NCBI RefSeq assembly: GCF_009914755.1
Contig: NC_060938.1
Direction: 5' to 3' (one strand)
Source of the DNA: the human T2T-CHM13v2.0 reference genome, Homo sapiens
Length of the DNA: 64,000 nt
The notes under the pieces are model-generated. The model was given only the letters and a program-made list of their open reading frames with translations, made no database searches and was not told the origin of the DNA. The stretch's first letter is position 1. Every line of letters starts with the position of its first letter. Shown here piece after piece: positions 42,800 to 56,378 of the stretch. Both the position numbers and the translations under genes were made by a program.

Positions 42800-43700
42800 G
42801 TAAATTTTAAAAAATGAGATTCCGTTCTTTGCTTATCAGATTACAAAAACAAAATACAAATGAAAATATTTAGAGTGACATACAGGAAAGAAGTACATTC
42901 ATCACCTTCAGCAGGAGTGTGCATTGGATTGACCACTCAGAAGGGCATTTTGGGAGTATGATTTTTTAAATCCTTTAAATTTGAAAGTTTAACGCAGTTT
43001 CACCTCGGGAAACAGGAATAATCAAGAATGTGTTCAAACCTTTGCTACATGAATTTCATTTCAGCTCTTTGCAACAAGATGGAAACAAACTATTCTAAAA
43101 TAGGAGATTAATTAAATAAATTATAGAGACCTATACAGTGACTTACACTACAGTTTAGCAGTTAATAGCATGGATTCTGGCCCCAAACTACCTAGTTCTG
43201 AATCTCCGCTGTGTTTCTTAACAGATTTGTGACTTTGGACCACTTAACTTTCCTTTCCTTAAGTTTTCTTGTCCTATTCTATCACCTATAAAAATTCTGA
43301 ATAATAATAGTACCCATCTTGCTGGGTTGTATAAAGCCTGGGCAGGCTACCCTGGCACATAGTAAGTGTAATCTGAGTATTATGTAGCTATTGAAAGGGG
43401 GTAGTAACATATTTAGTCATATGGGAAAATATTTATAACACATTAAGTGAAAAGAAGAGATTTCAAGATAGCAATAGATATATGACATGACAAATTTTGT
43501 TGACATATAGAGACATGCATTATCTCCATATAAATGTATGAGATGTTTCAAAGGATACACATTAAGGGTTAATTATCAAGGCTATTCGTAGTGTATTTCT
43601 GGTGAAATTCAGGGCTTTTTTTCTTCTTCTTAAAGTTCTTTTGATTTTCTGATTTTTCTGAAATGAGAATGTTCTGCTTTTGAAATAAAGAATAAAAAGT
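42800..43700 (+). mobile_element. Degenerate old L1M fragment containing a MIR at about 43150-43390
   Basis: Weak L1 3' similarity; MIR motifs TTAATAGCATGGATTCTGG...CCTGGCACATAGTAAGTG. Confidence 0.45.
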
Positions 43701-44574
43701 CATTTCTTAAATAAAAAAGCCTTATTGACTGTATAGATCTAAGTGGAAACTTGAGGGGTGAATAAGAAGTCTATCCTTTCTTAGCACTAATATTTGAGTC
43801 TCTGAAAGAGTGCAGTCAAATCATTTTTATATGAAAAATATTTATCTGATTTTTCACTTTAATACATACATTTCTAATACCATGTTTTAAATTATTTAGT
43901 GAAAAAACACTATTTGTAGAACTGAAATTTTCTATCTAAAGAACTGAAAATAATTGGATCTCAAAACTGTTTTGCTTATCTTAAAACTGTTCCCTGGTAG
44001 TTTCAGACAAAGGAGAACGCTATACCACCCGGAAGAACATGGTGGCCCAGTGTGGACGTGAAGGCAGCCAGAGAGATATGTAGAGAAAACAGCTTTCTGG
44101 AAAAAGGACTCATAGACTGCTGGTTAGGGCTCTTCGAAAAGAAAGGGTAGCATGTGCAAAAAGGAGATCTATTCTGTAGTCCATCTCTGGAATGTAAAAT
44201 CCAATATTTACACAAAGGCTTAGCCCAAGGAAGGCATATTTTTGAACCTCAGTTGTAAATACTTGGTAACTGCCTAACAACGCACATAAAATGGTTTAGA
44301 ATACCCACAGAAAAGCATGCTCCCTGACAGAGCCTTGTGCAGAGTAGTAGTGACTTCACAGCCTGTATCTTTGCCACTGTATTAGTTTCACGCCTTCAAT
44401 CACAATTGCTTGCAAGAATTCTATTGCCTCCAGCACTCTAGGTAAAAGCCACAGAGACTTGGCAAATCAATTTTCCCCCAAGAAACGATGAATATTGTGT
44501 GAGGCAACAGTTTCTTTTTGCCATGCCCTGAGGCAAAAAGTGGCTCTTCCACCTCATTGCAGTGAAAACCTGCC

Positions 44575-44745
44575 ATGTTGATGAGCCAGCCCACGGCACA
44601 AAAAAGCCAACATCTCTTCCATATTAGCAACGTCATGTTGGTAGTGTAAAATCAACTATGTATTTACACCATAGAAATTGGCAAACACTACAAATAAGAA
44701 TTTGTTTTTGTTTTTTTTGAGAGCCGGTTTGTCAGCACACCACTG
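44575..44745. mobile_element. MER63-like hAT-Blackjack element
   Basis: TTTACACCATAGAAATTGGCAAACACTACAAAT...CAGCACACCACTG terminus. Confidence 0.65.
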
Positions 44746-44754
44746 TATATACTT

Positions 44755-44950
44755 CAAGCTTGTCTGACTCGCCTTATTTTGTTACTGTTCATTTTGTTTT
44801 GTTTTAGGCTTTTAGCAGCTTGAAGCCATGGATTTCAGTTTCTGTCTCTAGTGATAAGTGGAAAAGGGGAATGGGGAAAGGGGCTTTACCAGCTCAACCA
44901 GAAACAGAAACTAAGAACCCATGCCAGTATTCCCTCCCTTGGACAACCCT
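44755..44950. mobile_element. Interspersed repeat, family not assigned
   Basis: Recognisable repeat text with internal inverted pair AGTTTCTG...CAGAAACT. Confidence 0.4.
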
Positions 44951-45155
44951 AAATCATCTCTAGATTACTTATAATACCTAATACAATGTAAGTACTATGT
45001 AAATAATTGTTACACTATACTATTTATGGAATAATGACAAGGAAAAAAGTCTTGACATGATCAGTACAGGCTCAATTATTTTTTTCTCAAGTATTTTCGA
45101 TCCAGTGTTGGTTGAATCTATTTACGCAGAACCCATGCATACAGAGGGCTGACTG
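44950..45155 (+). mobile_element. MER2-like 3' half
   Basis: TAAATCATCTCTAGATTACTTATAATACCTAATACAATG...GAGGGCTGACTG|TA. Confidence 0.8.
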
Positions 45156-46007
45156 TATATCCTCTCTCTCACTCTCTGGTATAACTGCCCATCATTTATT
45201 TTAAAACTAGATTTGTTTTTAACTTAATCTGACAGTTTTTCCCCTTATCACAGGGAAATTTGGGCTATCTATATCTATTGTGTTAACTGACATAGTTGGC
45301 TTTATTCCATCCATATTGTGTATATTTCTAGTTGTAATAAACCATTTTTTCTTTTTACCTTTTATAGATTTATATTTCCTTTAATAGCTTAATTCCAAAT
45401 TGCCAGTTAATTTGGATATTTTGCTATGCTTCTCCATTTTGCAAACTGTTACCTTACTATCTTTCATCCCATGTAAACCAAGATTTGTCCATGATTAAGT
45501 CAAAATTAAGTAACTGTGATTCCCCATCACCTCACTATATTCCTCAAAATGCTTTACTTACTAGTTACTATCTCTTGGAAATTAAGAAGCGCCATTCTAA
45601 ATAACTCCGAGATCAAATAGGAAATTAAATGTATAAATTATCTAGATATTAATACAGAGAGCCACTTTATACAAATGTATTGCTTTTAAATATGATTGTG
45701 TAGGTTAGCTAGGAAACCCAAGTGCAACATGGTTCCCACTAGGAATACTATTCTTAGATGGAACTTGGAAAAACAGGAAAAATTATTTCCCTTTTCCTTA
45801 TCCTGCATGCATGACCTAGACCCCTGATAAAAACAAAAACAAAAACAAAAACAAAAAACCTCTCAGCCTCTCATACACTTTAAAAGCTAACTCACAATGG
45901 TGATCAGATCAGAAAAGAAAGAGGGGGCTTTTTTTGCACTTAAGTGCAAACATCCAGGATGGCTCTGGTGGACTGTTGTTAAGTTCTCAACATCCAATAA
46001 TTTCAGG

Positions 46008-46097
46008 GTGTCTTTATTCCAGTATTAAGTTACAAATTTCATTTGGAAATTATTAATTAATAATGAAATTTATAACTTAATACTGGAATAAAGACAC
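46008..46097. repeat. 36-bp inverted repeat with 18-nt spacer
   Basis: Arms 46008-46043 and 46062-46097 are reverse complements at 35 of 36 positions. Confidence 0.97.
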
Positions 46098-46423
46098 AGA
46101 GACTCTTTGGCTCTTTAAAAAAATTTTTTTTCAAGAACATGAAAGCAACTCCTGTATCTAAGATTAAAGTCACAAGTTGCCTTTAAACTTTACTGGAAGA
46201 TAAATACAACCAGCGGCGTTACCATCTATTCCTTAGCCTGCAGGACGCCTTGGGAGGGTAAAAGCCGTTCTTGTTACATGTACACCATTAAGCAGCATTA
46301 GTACATGTTCACTTCAAGGGAGCACCTGTGGCTCAGCAGCAGCAACACTGAGAGTCAGGTTCAGCCAATGGAATCAGGGTGACTGGGTTCAATCTCCTGC
46401 ATGTGAATTCTGCTTCTTGATGC

Positions 46424-46818
46424 CGTAGGCAAAATAATGGTCCTCTAAAATGTCCATGCCCGAATCCCCAGAACCGGTGATTTTGCAGATGTGATTAAAG
46501 TTATAGACCTTGAGATGGAGAGATTATCCTGGATTATCTAGGTGGGCCCAATTTAATGACATGAGTCCTTAAAAGCAGAGGAACTTTCCTGACTGTGGTC
46601 CAAGGGAGATGTGATGACAGAAGAAGGATCAGAGAGAAGCCACATTGCTGGTTTTGAAAATGGAGGAAGGAAATGGATTCTCCTTTAGAGCATCCGGAAA
46701 GGAACTCAGCCCTGTTTGTTGGACTTCTGACCTACAGGAGTGCAAGGTAAAAAATCTATGTTGTTTTAAGTTGCTAAGTTTTTTGTACTGTTTCATGGCA
46801 GCAATAGAAACCTAACAC
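46424..46818 (+). mobile_element. MLT1-type LTR
   Basis: AAAATAATGGTCCTCTAAAATGTCCATGCCCGAATCCCC...TGGCAGCAATAGAAACCTAACACA. Confidence 0.8.
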
Positions 46819-47599
46819 ACCTGAGAAGGCAGTTGGTTAAGAGCTGGATGCTTACCACCTTTGGCGGTGGTCGGATTGCTTCACCTGATATTTTGTAAAC
46901 CTGCTCAGAATATGCATCTCCTGGTCTCCTTTTAAGTTGGAGAGAGGAAAGCCTTAGAGGAAAGGCAAAACGACCACAAAGAATATAAAGAATCTGGCCC
47001 ACTACAACAATGTGAACACATTTCAAGGTTGAATTAAGGAACAAGAATGGGGTATTCAGTTCTTTTCATCCACATGTGAATTATGTAAAGCATCTGACCA
47101 CCTGATGAACTAGGAATTCTGTGAGACTGAGCTGGTTCAACAGCCCCTCCTGCCAATCACCAAGAGTGAAGCTTCTCCGTCAGTCTGGAATCAACTACTA
47201 AGTTTCAATAACATCTTAAAAGTTGGGACAGGGAGGAGATTTTAGGTTTCTTCAGAGCAAGTGGCTATGGTTCAGTTCAGAAGCCTAAAGTGATGTATGT
47301 TTTGGATACTAAAGTGGTCCATTCCAGCTTAACTGTTCTTATCATCAGCTAATGTCTTCCCCTGAAATACCAGCTTATTTAAACTTTTACTTTACATTAG
47401 AAAAAGCTACAGTTTTCTCAAAGGCACGGGGTCATTAGAAATGCCTGGGAAATGTTAATCACAAGATCTGAATTTAGAAGGCCTTACCAGGCCTTTACAA
47501 CACCGATGCAAAGATTGGCACAGCTTCTTTAAAAACAAAGGGGGGCACAAGTGAGAGACCACTACCCAGTAGTGGACTGACAATTTGGAGTGCTGGTCA

Positions 47600-48150
47600 G
47601 CACATGGAACATCTAGACCCTCACATGTTGCTACTGAGAGTGTTAAAATGGTAAAACCAATTGGGAAAACTGGCTCTTCCTAATAAAGTTAAACGTATCC
47701 CAACTCTATGTGATAGCATATGTCCACGAAAGACTTGCATACGATGTTCATAACAGTTTTATTTATAATAGCCCCAAGCTGGAAACAGCTCAGATGTCTA
47801 CCAACAGTAACATGCATAAATAAACCGTGTGTATTCACGCGATTCAATACTGCTGAGCAACAAAAAAGAGGAAGCTAATGATACATGCAAAATGTGAATG
47901 CTTTTAAAAACACTATGTTGAGCAAAAGAAGCCACACAGCCAAATAGTACATGCTGTATTTAAATGAAGTTCAAGAACAGTTTGATGGCGATGGAAGGAG
48001 GCACCAGGTTGACTGGCAAGTGTCATGAGGGGATTCTCTAAGGTATGGAATGGCCTGTCTCTTGATCTGAGTGGTGGTTACACGAATAATTTTTTTTAAG
48101 TTTATGTAACTGCAAACCTCAGATTTGTATATTTTATTATAAATTATATT
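47600..48150 (+). mobile_element. Old L1M 3' fragment
   Basis: TTATTTATAATAGCCCCAAGCTGGAAACA...ATGTTGAGCAAAAGAAGCCA. Confidence 0.7.
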
Positions 48151-48155
48151 TTTAA

Positions 48156-48488
<333 letters not shown>

Positions 48489-49576
48489 AAACTTTTAAAT
48501 ATATAACAGGATAAAGTATATGCGGATAAAGTCTCTTTATTAAGACCTTAACTGTGCAAGAAAAAGTAAATATTTCCTCGGATGGTCTTATATTTTCAGT
48601 TGGACCTCTGAATTTAAATAGATATCCACAAAATCCTCAAGCCACTTATAATTGACCAACAGAAATAGTTGACTGAATTTTCTTTAATATTTGATGCTGG
48701 TGCCCCTCACTCAGAGGCTGTTACTGCATTTGCTGAAGACTCTACCATCTCTCATGCCCTTCTCCTCTGGCTATGTTGTCACCTTTTCTTCTGTTGCCTG
48801 TACCCGGCAGCACCCGACATCTAGTCCCATGGTAACTGCCTACTCTGGTCTGTGCGCCCTCCCACAATGACATAATTTTATTTATGCCTACTTTGAGAAG
48901 TGGCAATTCTTCAGAGGGATCAGGAGTGACTGGAGCCCTGGAGTGAGGGATTGGACAACATGTATCCTCTGCTCATACTTTTACCCACTCTGAGAAGTGT
49001 CCTGCTTTTTAGAAAGGTTCAAATGCCGTAAAGCTTGTGGTACACATCTCCCATTTCTAGTCAACTCATGATGCCCTAAGTTTTTAAGAACTTGTGTGTA
49101 GATGTGCATGGTTTCTTTACTTTGATTATGAGTTTGAGAAGCGTGTGAACCTTTCATATTAATGATGAACCACAGATTCCTTCTCTGTTAGTACTAACAT
49201 TACATTTACAAAGCCTGAATTTAAATGACCCTTAACTCTTCCGCTTACTACCACTGCTTCAATTATTCTGAAAATAAAATACAACCTTATTCTAATATCT
49301 GATCATTTTCACTGGCAAAGGAGAAACTCTCTGAGAGATCTCAAATAGCTTCTATAATAGATTTAGGTTTTTTCATACCTAGTGTTGAAAGGCTTATTAG
49401 GATTCAGTACTTATAGGTCAATTTCCTTCCACAACAAAATTAGTAATAACTGTCAATATTATTCAGAAAAATGAATTTAAGCCACGTCTGATTTCTTTTC
49501 ACCTTTTCCCTCAGCATCGTTGTCAATCCATTTCCATGCAGTGAATTGCAGCTCCAGCCTAGGGAAAATAGGAATG

Positions 49577-49590
49577 GTTTCCATGACAAC
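49577..49590. promoter_or_regulatory. RFX X-box motif
   Basis: GTTTCCATGACAAC is close to the palindromic GTTGCCATGGCAAC consensus. Confidence 0.4.
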
Positions 49591-52500
49591 AGTTTTCTCT
49601 CTGCTAGTTAGAATCTAAGATTTGACTCCCATGAAAATAAATCTCACCATGGGAATTAGTTGATTTTGTAAATGACAAAATAACTGTGCAATCATTTCCA
49701 AAGAAAAGGCTGTGATAAGCTTGCACATGCAAGGGCGGGTTACACGAGGTGATTGCTGAAGCTGCCGCTAACATCACACACCCAGAACAAAGTGCAGGGA
49801 AATGCCTGCTTTGAGCTGCAGCCCACTCTGCTCCTCGCCCAAGTGTGAGCCCACAGCCTGGCCCTCTTAGGAATGTCAATGATGTTTCAATCTCAGGTGT
49901 AGGGAATAGGTTTTAAAGCATCTCATAGCAAATGACAAGGATTAACCCCCAACTGCCTTTCGCCTGATTTCCAGCAACATTAGTTCCTTGAAAAGATGAG
50001 ACTCCCAGGGCAGTTCTTAAGGCAGCCAGTATGGTATGAATTTAATTTCTCATTATCTATTTCTCTGTTAAGATTAGGTGCTGCTATTGTACAATAGCAC
50101 TCTTTTCTCTTTACTATTATTTCTTCTTCTGAGTAATCTGTCTTATTTTATTGCTTAAAAATACATAGAACCATTTTGTTTTAAAAAATTTTAAAGCCTA
50201 ATATGATGTTAAGTGTTTCAAATAATGTTTAATAAACATGTTTTCCCAATAACATTTATATAAAGAATAATGCCTACTTGTAAGAAAAAATTGCTATCAA
50301 TCTAGTGGTATAAAATTAATAAACTGAATTCCATGTAACCTTGTATCGCCGAATCCATTAAGCCAGGGTTTTCTTCAGAACAATGTGGCTCACTGCTGGA
50401 GCAGGAAGCTCTGTCGGAGTGAGGTGGCATCCTCAGCACAGGTCTGAGGGGGATGAGTGCATAGTTTTGAATAAGGATGTGAATATTCAAGACCATGATG
50501 CAGGCCCTCTGCAAAATGCAAAGTTGATAGCTAAATCAACTCCCTCACTCCAGCATGATGATGCATTATGCTAAGTGAGCTGGTTTTTCAAAGCCGTTGC
50601 AAGTATGTGACAGAAATCCCTCAAGACCCAGCCTGTCATTGTCCCTACCCAGCAGAAGATAGTTATGGCCAAATCTGGTAAAGCCTGCATCTCCATTTTG
50701 TGCACTTCCCTTGTCCCCTCAGCCTATCCTCTGGTGCCAGTCTCCTCTTCCTTCCTCCTCTCAAAGCTTAGGAAGGATCTGAAACCTGTCACTTAAGAAT
50801 GATTGGCCAAATACCCCATTCTCCTTTCAGTGAAATTCACTCACATTAAAATTTTAGCTAAACCAAAGATTTCCCTTTTAAATCTTTTATTTCTAGTTGT
50901 AAAGTGAAATACTTTGTCTGTAGTTAAAGAAGTAATTTTCATTAATGTTGAGAAGAGAGGGAACAGTTTTGGTCAGGAAAGGGGACCTTAAAATGACATT
51001 AATTTTACCCTGATGTTACAAAGGTAAACCCGATATTATCTTTTTAGGATGAAGTCTCTCTTTTCCCATCCCTTACGTTGAACATCTTCTTCCTTGGGGG
51101 AAGAGCATCCCTCTAAGGTCATGGAGGCTTAGTCTTATTTGCAGGTAGGGGTGGAGGAACTGGTGTCCCTTCTTCATGAGCTTTGCCAGGACCCCAAGAC
51201 TAACCTACTCTGGTACAGACCTGCTCCTGGCAGTTCCTCTTATTCCAGATCCATTCTCAACCTTCTCTGGGTAAACACAACCTCCCCTGCCTCCTTTAAC
51301 CTTCGTTCTACTCTGTTCTAGGAATGTAGGTATGTAAATATATACATATACATACATGTCTCTATATATCTATTCCTGGCATAAAATGTTATCCAAGCTG
51401 GTGGTTAATAATGTTAATAGCATAACTTGCTTATAAGAGGTCCTAAAATGTATACATGATATAGTGTTTCTTCCTCTGAATTTCTAAGAATGTTGTTATT
51501 GGACTGCTTTGGTTTTGTGACAATTGTCTTCCCAAATGTCTTGTACTTAGAATATCACCTTTTGCTCATTTCTATTATATATTTTGAATGACAGAACTCA
51601 GATATGCTAATGGATAATTAACTGGAGTTATGTATAAAAAGAAGAGAGGAAGAAGGAAAAATGGGGAAGGAAAGAAAGCTCAGAGTGTATAGACTCTATG
51701 GCCTTGAGAGCAGAAGGCAGCTGAGACATGCAGCCGGAGGAAGGAGTTTCCAAAGGGGGTCGGCGGGGAATAGTGGGAACAATGAAGGGAAGAGAAAGGT
51801 CAAGAGATACACAGAGAATGGAGAACAAGTTGGAATCAAATATTAGGCCAGCTGGGGTAGTGCTGAAATGCCTGTTGGCCCCATAAACACACTTAAGCAG
51901 TTCTATCTACAGCCTATCTGTGGCCCAGGAAGCTAATTAGTGTGTCCTCACCTAGGACCAACTCTGAGGGACTAGGGGAGAGTGATGTCACAGAAGTTTA
52001 TATGAAATTTGGATGGGAAACTAAATATTAGGATTCATGACCTAGAGAACTTTTATCCCTTTCTATGGGATATGCACAGAGTTAACAGAACTGTGCAGCT
52101 CACTAATTATATGAATTCTTTTTAGTTCTCTAGCAGCAGAATGAAACTGAGAAGAGCTGGTAGCCGAGATATGTGTCAATGTAGGAATTTTCCAGAATTT
52201 CCTTTCCAAAGGCATAGGGCAGTGGTCCTGTTTGGTTTAACATTTTTATTTTAATGCAGTATAGAAAGCTTAAAGCTCAAGAGGCCAAATACATGTGCAT
52301 ACGTTTAAATTATTATTATATTAAATCTGGTCATATTGATTCTTACTGAATCAATGCATATATTTAAGTTAAATGACATATTTAGGATCCAAAGAGAATC
52401 TGATAGACTGGAGCAATGGTCTAAATTGAATCAGGTTACGTGTTCTGTCCATGATGAAATTAAATTTTTAAACAATTTTTAATTTGTTTTTAATTTTTAA

Positions 52501-52689
52501 AAATTTAAAAAATTTGCACAAGTACTAGACTGTAACATGTGATTTTACAGAAACATGTAAGAAGATTTAGTGATTTCAGACAGCAGATTCAACAGGGGTC
52601 CACAGAGTGATATGGATGCAGAAAAAAATTAGGTTGCACTGATGAAGGAGATATCCTTTGGAAGGGTCAACAATCCAAATTGTTGCAGG

Positions 52690-53185
52690 GGCTACCAACT
52701 GCCTTCTAAATATCCAAGAAGAAAGCCTCCTCTTCTTCCATCCTAACCCATCCCTATATTATTCCAAGCAGCAATGTACCTGGCTAAAAATGATTTCTGA
52801 ACCTCCTCTGCAGCTAGGATTAGCCACTGAGATGTAGATGATGTTTTTGAGAGGGGTTTCTGAGAAAGTCCTTTAAAGGGAACTGATTCAGATGGGTGGT
52901 GTTGGTGCCATTTTGCCCTTTCCCCATTTTATTCTTTCTGCCCTCTGAGTCATGGCCTTAACGACTGGAACTCAAGCAGCCATTTTGAACCATGAGGCAA
53001 CTTAGAGAATGGAAACTTCAGGCCAAGGATTGTGGACCAGGAAGAAGTAACCTAAGTCCCGGATGACAGTGCAGCCACTGTATGCTGACTTCCTTTCATT
53101 GTATTTATATTATGTGAGTGAAGAATAAATCATGAGTTTAAGCCAACCTTGTTTTGTTATATGGCTAAACCTAATCTAACTTGTA
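52690..53185 (+). mobile_element. Degenerate ERVL LTR (LTR33-like)
   Basis: CCTCCTCTGCAGCTAGG, GCAGCCATTTTGAACCATGAGG and AATAAAT...TTTAAGCCA motifs. Confidence 0.5.
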
Positions 53186-54239
53186 CAAGAGGCCAGTAAA
53201 AAAATGAATGAGATGGGCTAGATAAATAACTGCCACTCCCACCACTCCCTATCATCTCCACTAAGTGAGAGTTTCTGTCGGCAGTCATTTTTGTTTTGTT
53301 TTTTTCTTTTAAGAAAGAACAATCCAGGCTATCCTAACATCAGCCTAATATTATAGCTGTAGTATACCTTAGGGTTGGTGAGGATGGTGTTGAACTGGAT
53401 AATTTATTTGTCTAAGAGGGCGGTTGGTTCTCAACTTCTGTTGATTGTCATGTGAAAATATGGAAAAAAAATCAAATACTGCATAGTCTGACATTGTCGG
53501 GAGCTGTTCAAGACTCATTGGTGGGATTGCTTCAGCCTGCAAGCCACCAGCTGCTCAGCTGGTGAGCTGGCGTCTGTGATGAGAAATCAGAGACTCCTTC
53601 CCCTGTGAGCATCATGTCTGGTCCTGGAGATCCTCCTCTGAGAGGAACTGAGATATATGGGACAGAGTGAGATATCAGAGTCATCTCTAAATATTTGAAG
53701 AACACAAAATTTATCTTGTGTGTCCCTGTGAGGGTGACACTCAGACACATAAAACAATCTTTCTTATGACAAGACAGATTTCATTTTAACGTAAGATAGA
53801 ACTTTCACCTTTTAGAGCTACCAGGATGGGCTGCCTGAAGAGGGGCTGAGTCACCTGACCCTGGAGGTTAGGGACAGGATGTCAAGTTTCAGTTGGAGTA
53901 TTGTAGAGGGCATTTAAGACCTCACTGGTGTGGGTTACCTGGAAGGTCCCTTCCAACTGGATGTCCTATGATTCAAGGAACAATGTAGCATAAATCCACA
54001 TTGGTAAAGAGTAAATGTGAGATTACTGTCATTATTGTGGCATTGTTTGCTTTATCTTTAATACCTTCATTAAAAGTGAGAGGGCAGATCTAGTAATCTG
54101 GATGTTTGTCAGAAAAAGGAAATTCAATGGCCCCAATCAGATTCTTCTATGAGCTTGATTATAACAAATAGGTCCATTATTTGTAATAAATAATTTTTTT
54201 CATTCACCTTTCTTTGGTCATTAAAGACAGACCTCAATT

Positions 54240-54940
54240 CAAGTGCAAAGAAGCAACAGTATGCGCAAGGAGGCATGTTCATGGATTTTTTGTAATGGTG
54301 AAGAAAATCCAGGAATCAACTTCAATTCCATCAACAGAAAAAAAAAGATAATAAATTGGAGAATACCCAAACAGCAGTTACAACAAACGAACCAGTGCAA
54401 CACACATTGACGTAATGTATAATACTTGAAAATATAATGTTCGTTGGAAAAAAAAGCAAATTGCAATACGATAGAGAGGTAAAAATGCAGGCTTTGGAAT
54501 GACCGCGTTTTAGAAATGGAGGACAGTTTAGTAGTAGCCAGGGATTAGGGATGGGGACAGGGGTGATGGGGTGGGGGTTGAACCAGGTTGGGTGGGCTAG
54601 AGATAAGTAGGTGTGGTTACAATAGGGCAACGCAAGGGACACTTGTGGGGCTGGACCTAGTTATTATCTTGACTGTGTGGTGACTACACAAACTTACACA
54701 GGTGATAGAATCATTTTGAACTCTCTCTCAACACACACATGCAAATGGGTACAAGGAAGATTGGGAAATGGGAATAAAATCAGTGTACTTTATCACTGTC
54801 AGTATCCAGCAATATTGTTACACTGTACTATGGTTTTGCAAAATGCTACCACTGGGAGAAACTGGGAAAAGTGTCGAAGGGATTTCTGTACATTAATTCT
54901 TACGATGGCATATGAATCTACAGTCATCTGAATTCGAAAA
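54240..54940 (+). mobile_element. Old L1M 3' fragment
   Basis: GTTTTGCAAAATGCTACCACTGGGAGAAACTGGG...TGAATCTACAGT. Confidence 0.6.
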
Positions 54941-55064
54941 GAAAGAAACACCACTTCAAATGTGAAAAGCCTGGAAAATACTCTTGGTCTTCTATTCTAT
55001 AATGGAGAATTTTAAAAATTTCATTCTCAGAGAAAAATAAGGTGAATTTCATTAATAAAATGAC

Positions 55065-55285
55065 CTTAAAAGCCAAGGATAAAGAATGCAGACTTTGGAA
55101 CCAGACTCCTGAAACTAAATTCTGGCTTTCCCATGTATTACCCGTAAAACCCTGGGCAAATTAAAAACTCTATACCTTCGTTTCCTTCTTAGTAAAGTGG
55201 AATAACAACAGGATCCACATCATGGAGCTGTGAGGATTAACTGGCTCAATATATGTACAATGTTTTCAACAGTGCTTGGCATATC
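55065..55285 (+). mobile_element. MIR SINE
   Basis: AAGAATGCAGACTTTGGAACCAGAC...GTGAGGATTAA...AGTGCTTGGCATA. Confidence 0.65.
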
Positions 55286-56303
55286 TTAAATGCCAGGAAA
55301 ACCGTTGGCTCTTATTATATGAACATTATAAAGTTTGAAACAGGTGGTACTAGAATATGGAAACATGTATGTATAGTAAGACTGTAAAGAAATGCATAGG
55401 AGTGATAAACATAAACTTAAGATAGAGTCACCTTTGAGGATGGGGACGGGGATACATGGAGTGTCATTTATCTGCATAGTGTGTTGTTTCTCAAGTCCTG
55501 TGACGGTATCTGCCTCTGCTTGAGCTGGGGTTGACACTTGTGTTTACCATGAAGGTCCTATGTGGCTTTAAGTCTCTGGGCCTTTTAACATTCTGTCCCT
55601 TTTTTCCTAGAATTCCCTTTCCCTGTCTTCCCAGCAACTCCAATGTCATCTTTCAAGCCCTAACTCAAGCATTACCTCCTCTGAAACTCTGTCCTTGACT
55701 TGCCCCACCCCAGGTAAGACAGTCAGTCATCACTCTGACAGCGTCTGGGCCACGGCATTCATTTCATCATGGCTGTTTCCCACTGGAGCTCCTTGAGGAT
55801 AAGGACAGGTGTGTGGACCCATAGGTGACTTTTGAGGAATGAACACAGAGCTTAGAAAACCATTCGGTGCAATGAGGACACCATAGGACTGATTTGTTCC
55901 CAGAGATATTATAAAGTTAGAAACCAAGAGAGGACACTCTGCAGCAAGTTATTTGACTTACCTCTGATGTAAATGTTCATGATGCACCTAACACTTGCAA
56001 GGCAGTGATCCAGACTCTGCAGTACAAAGGTAAGTAGGATAAGGCAACATACCCAAGGGAGGTATGGTCTAGTACAGGAAAGAAACGCATATAACAATCT
56101 GTATCAGGTAAAAAAGAATATGGCCAATGAAGAGGTGCCAACCCAATGCTATGGGCAATGCACCTTAGAAAACAAGAACAAAGCTTTCAATTGGGGGAAC
56201 ACACAACTTTTAAACACAAATTTATACTTCATTCACATTAAAAGAACAATCCATTTTTAGTATAAATATTCTCATACAGTTTATCTTTTTAGAAATCTCC
56301 TTA

Positions 56304-56378
56304 GCAGTGAGCCAAGTTCGCACCACTGCACTCCAACCTGGGCGATACTGTGAGACCCTGTCTCAAAAAAAAAAAAAA
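56304..56378 (+). mobile_element. Severely 5'-truncated Alu (last ~60 nt plus A tail)
   Basis: GCAGTGAGCCAAG...GTCTCAAAAA; TSD-like AAATCTCCTTA / AAATCCCCTTA. Confidence 0.85.
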
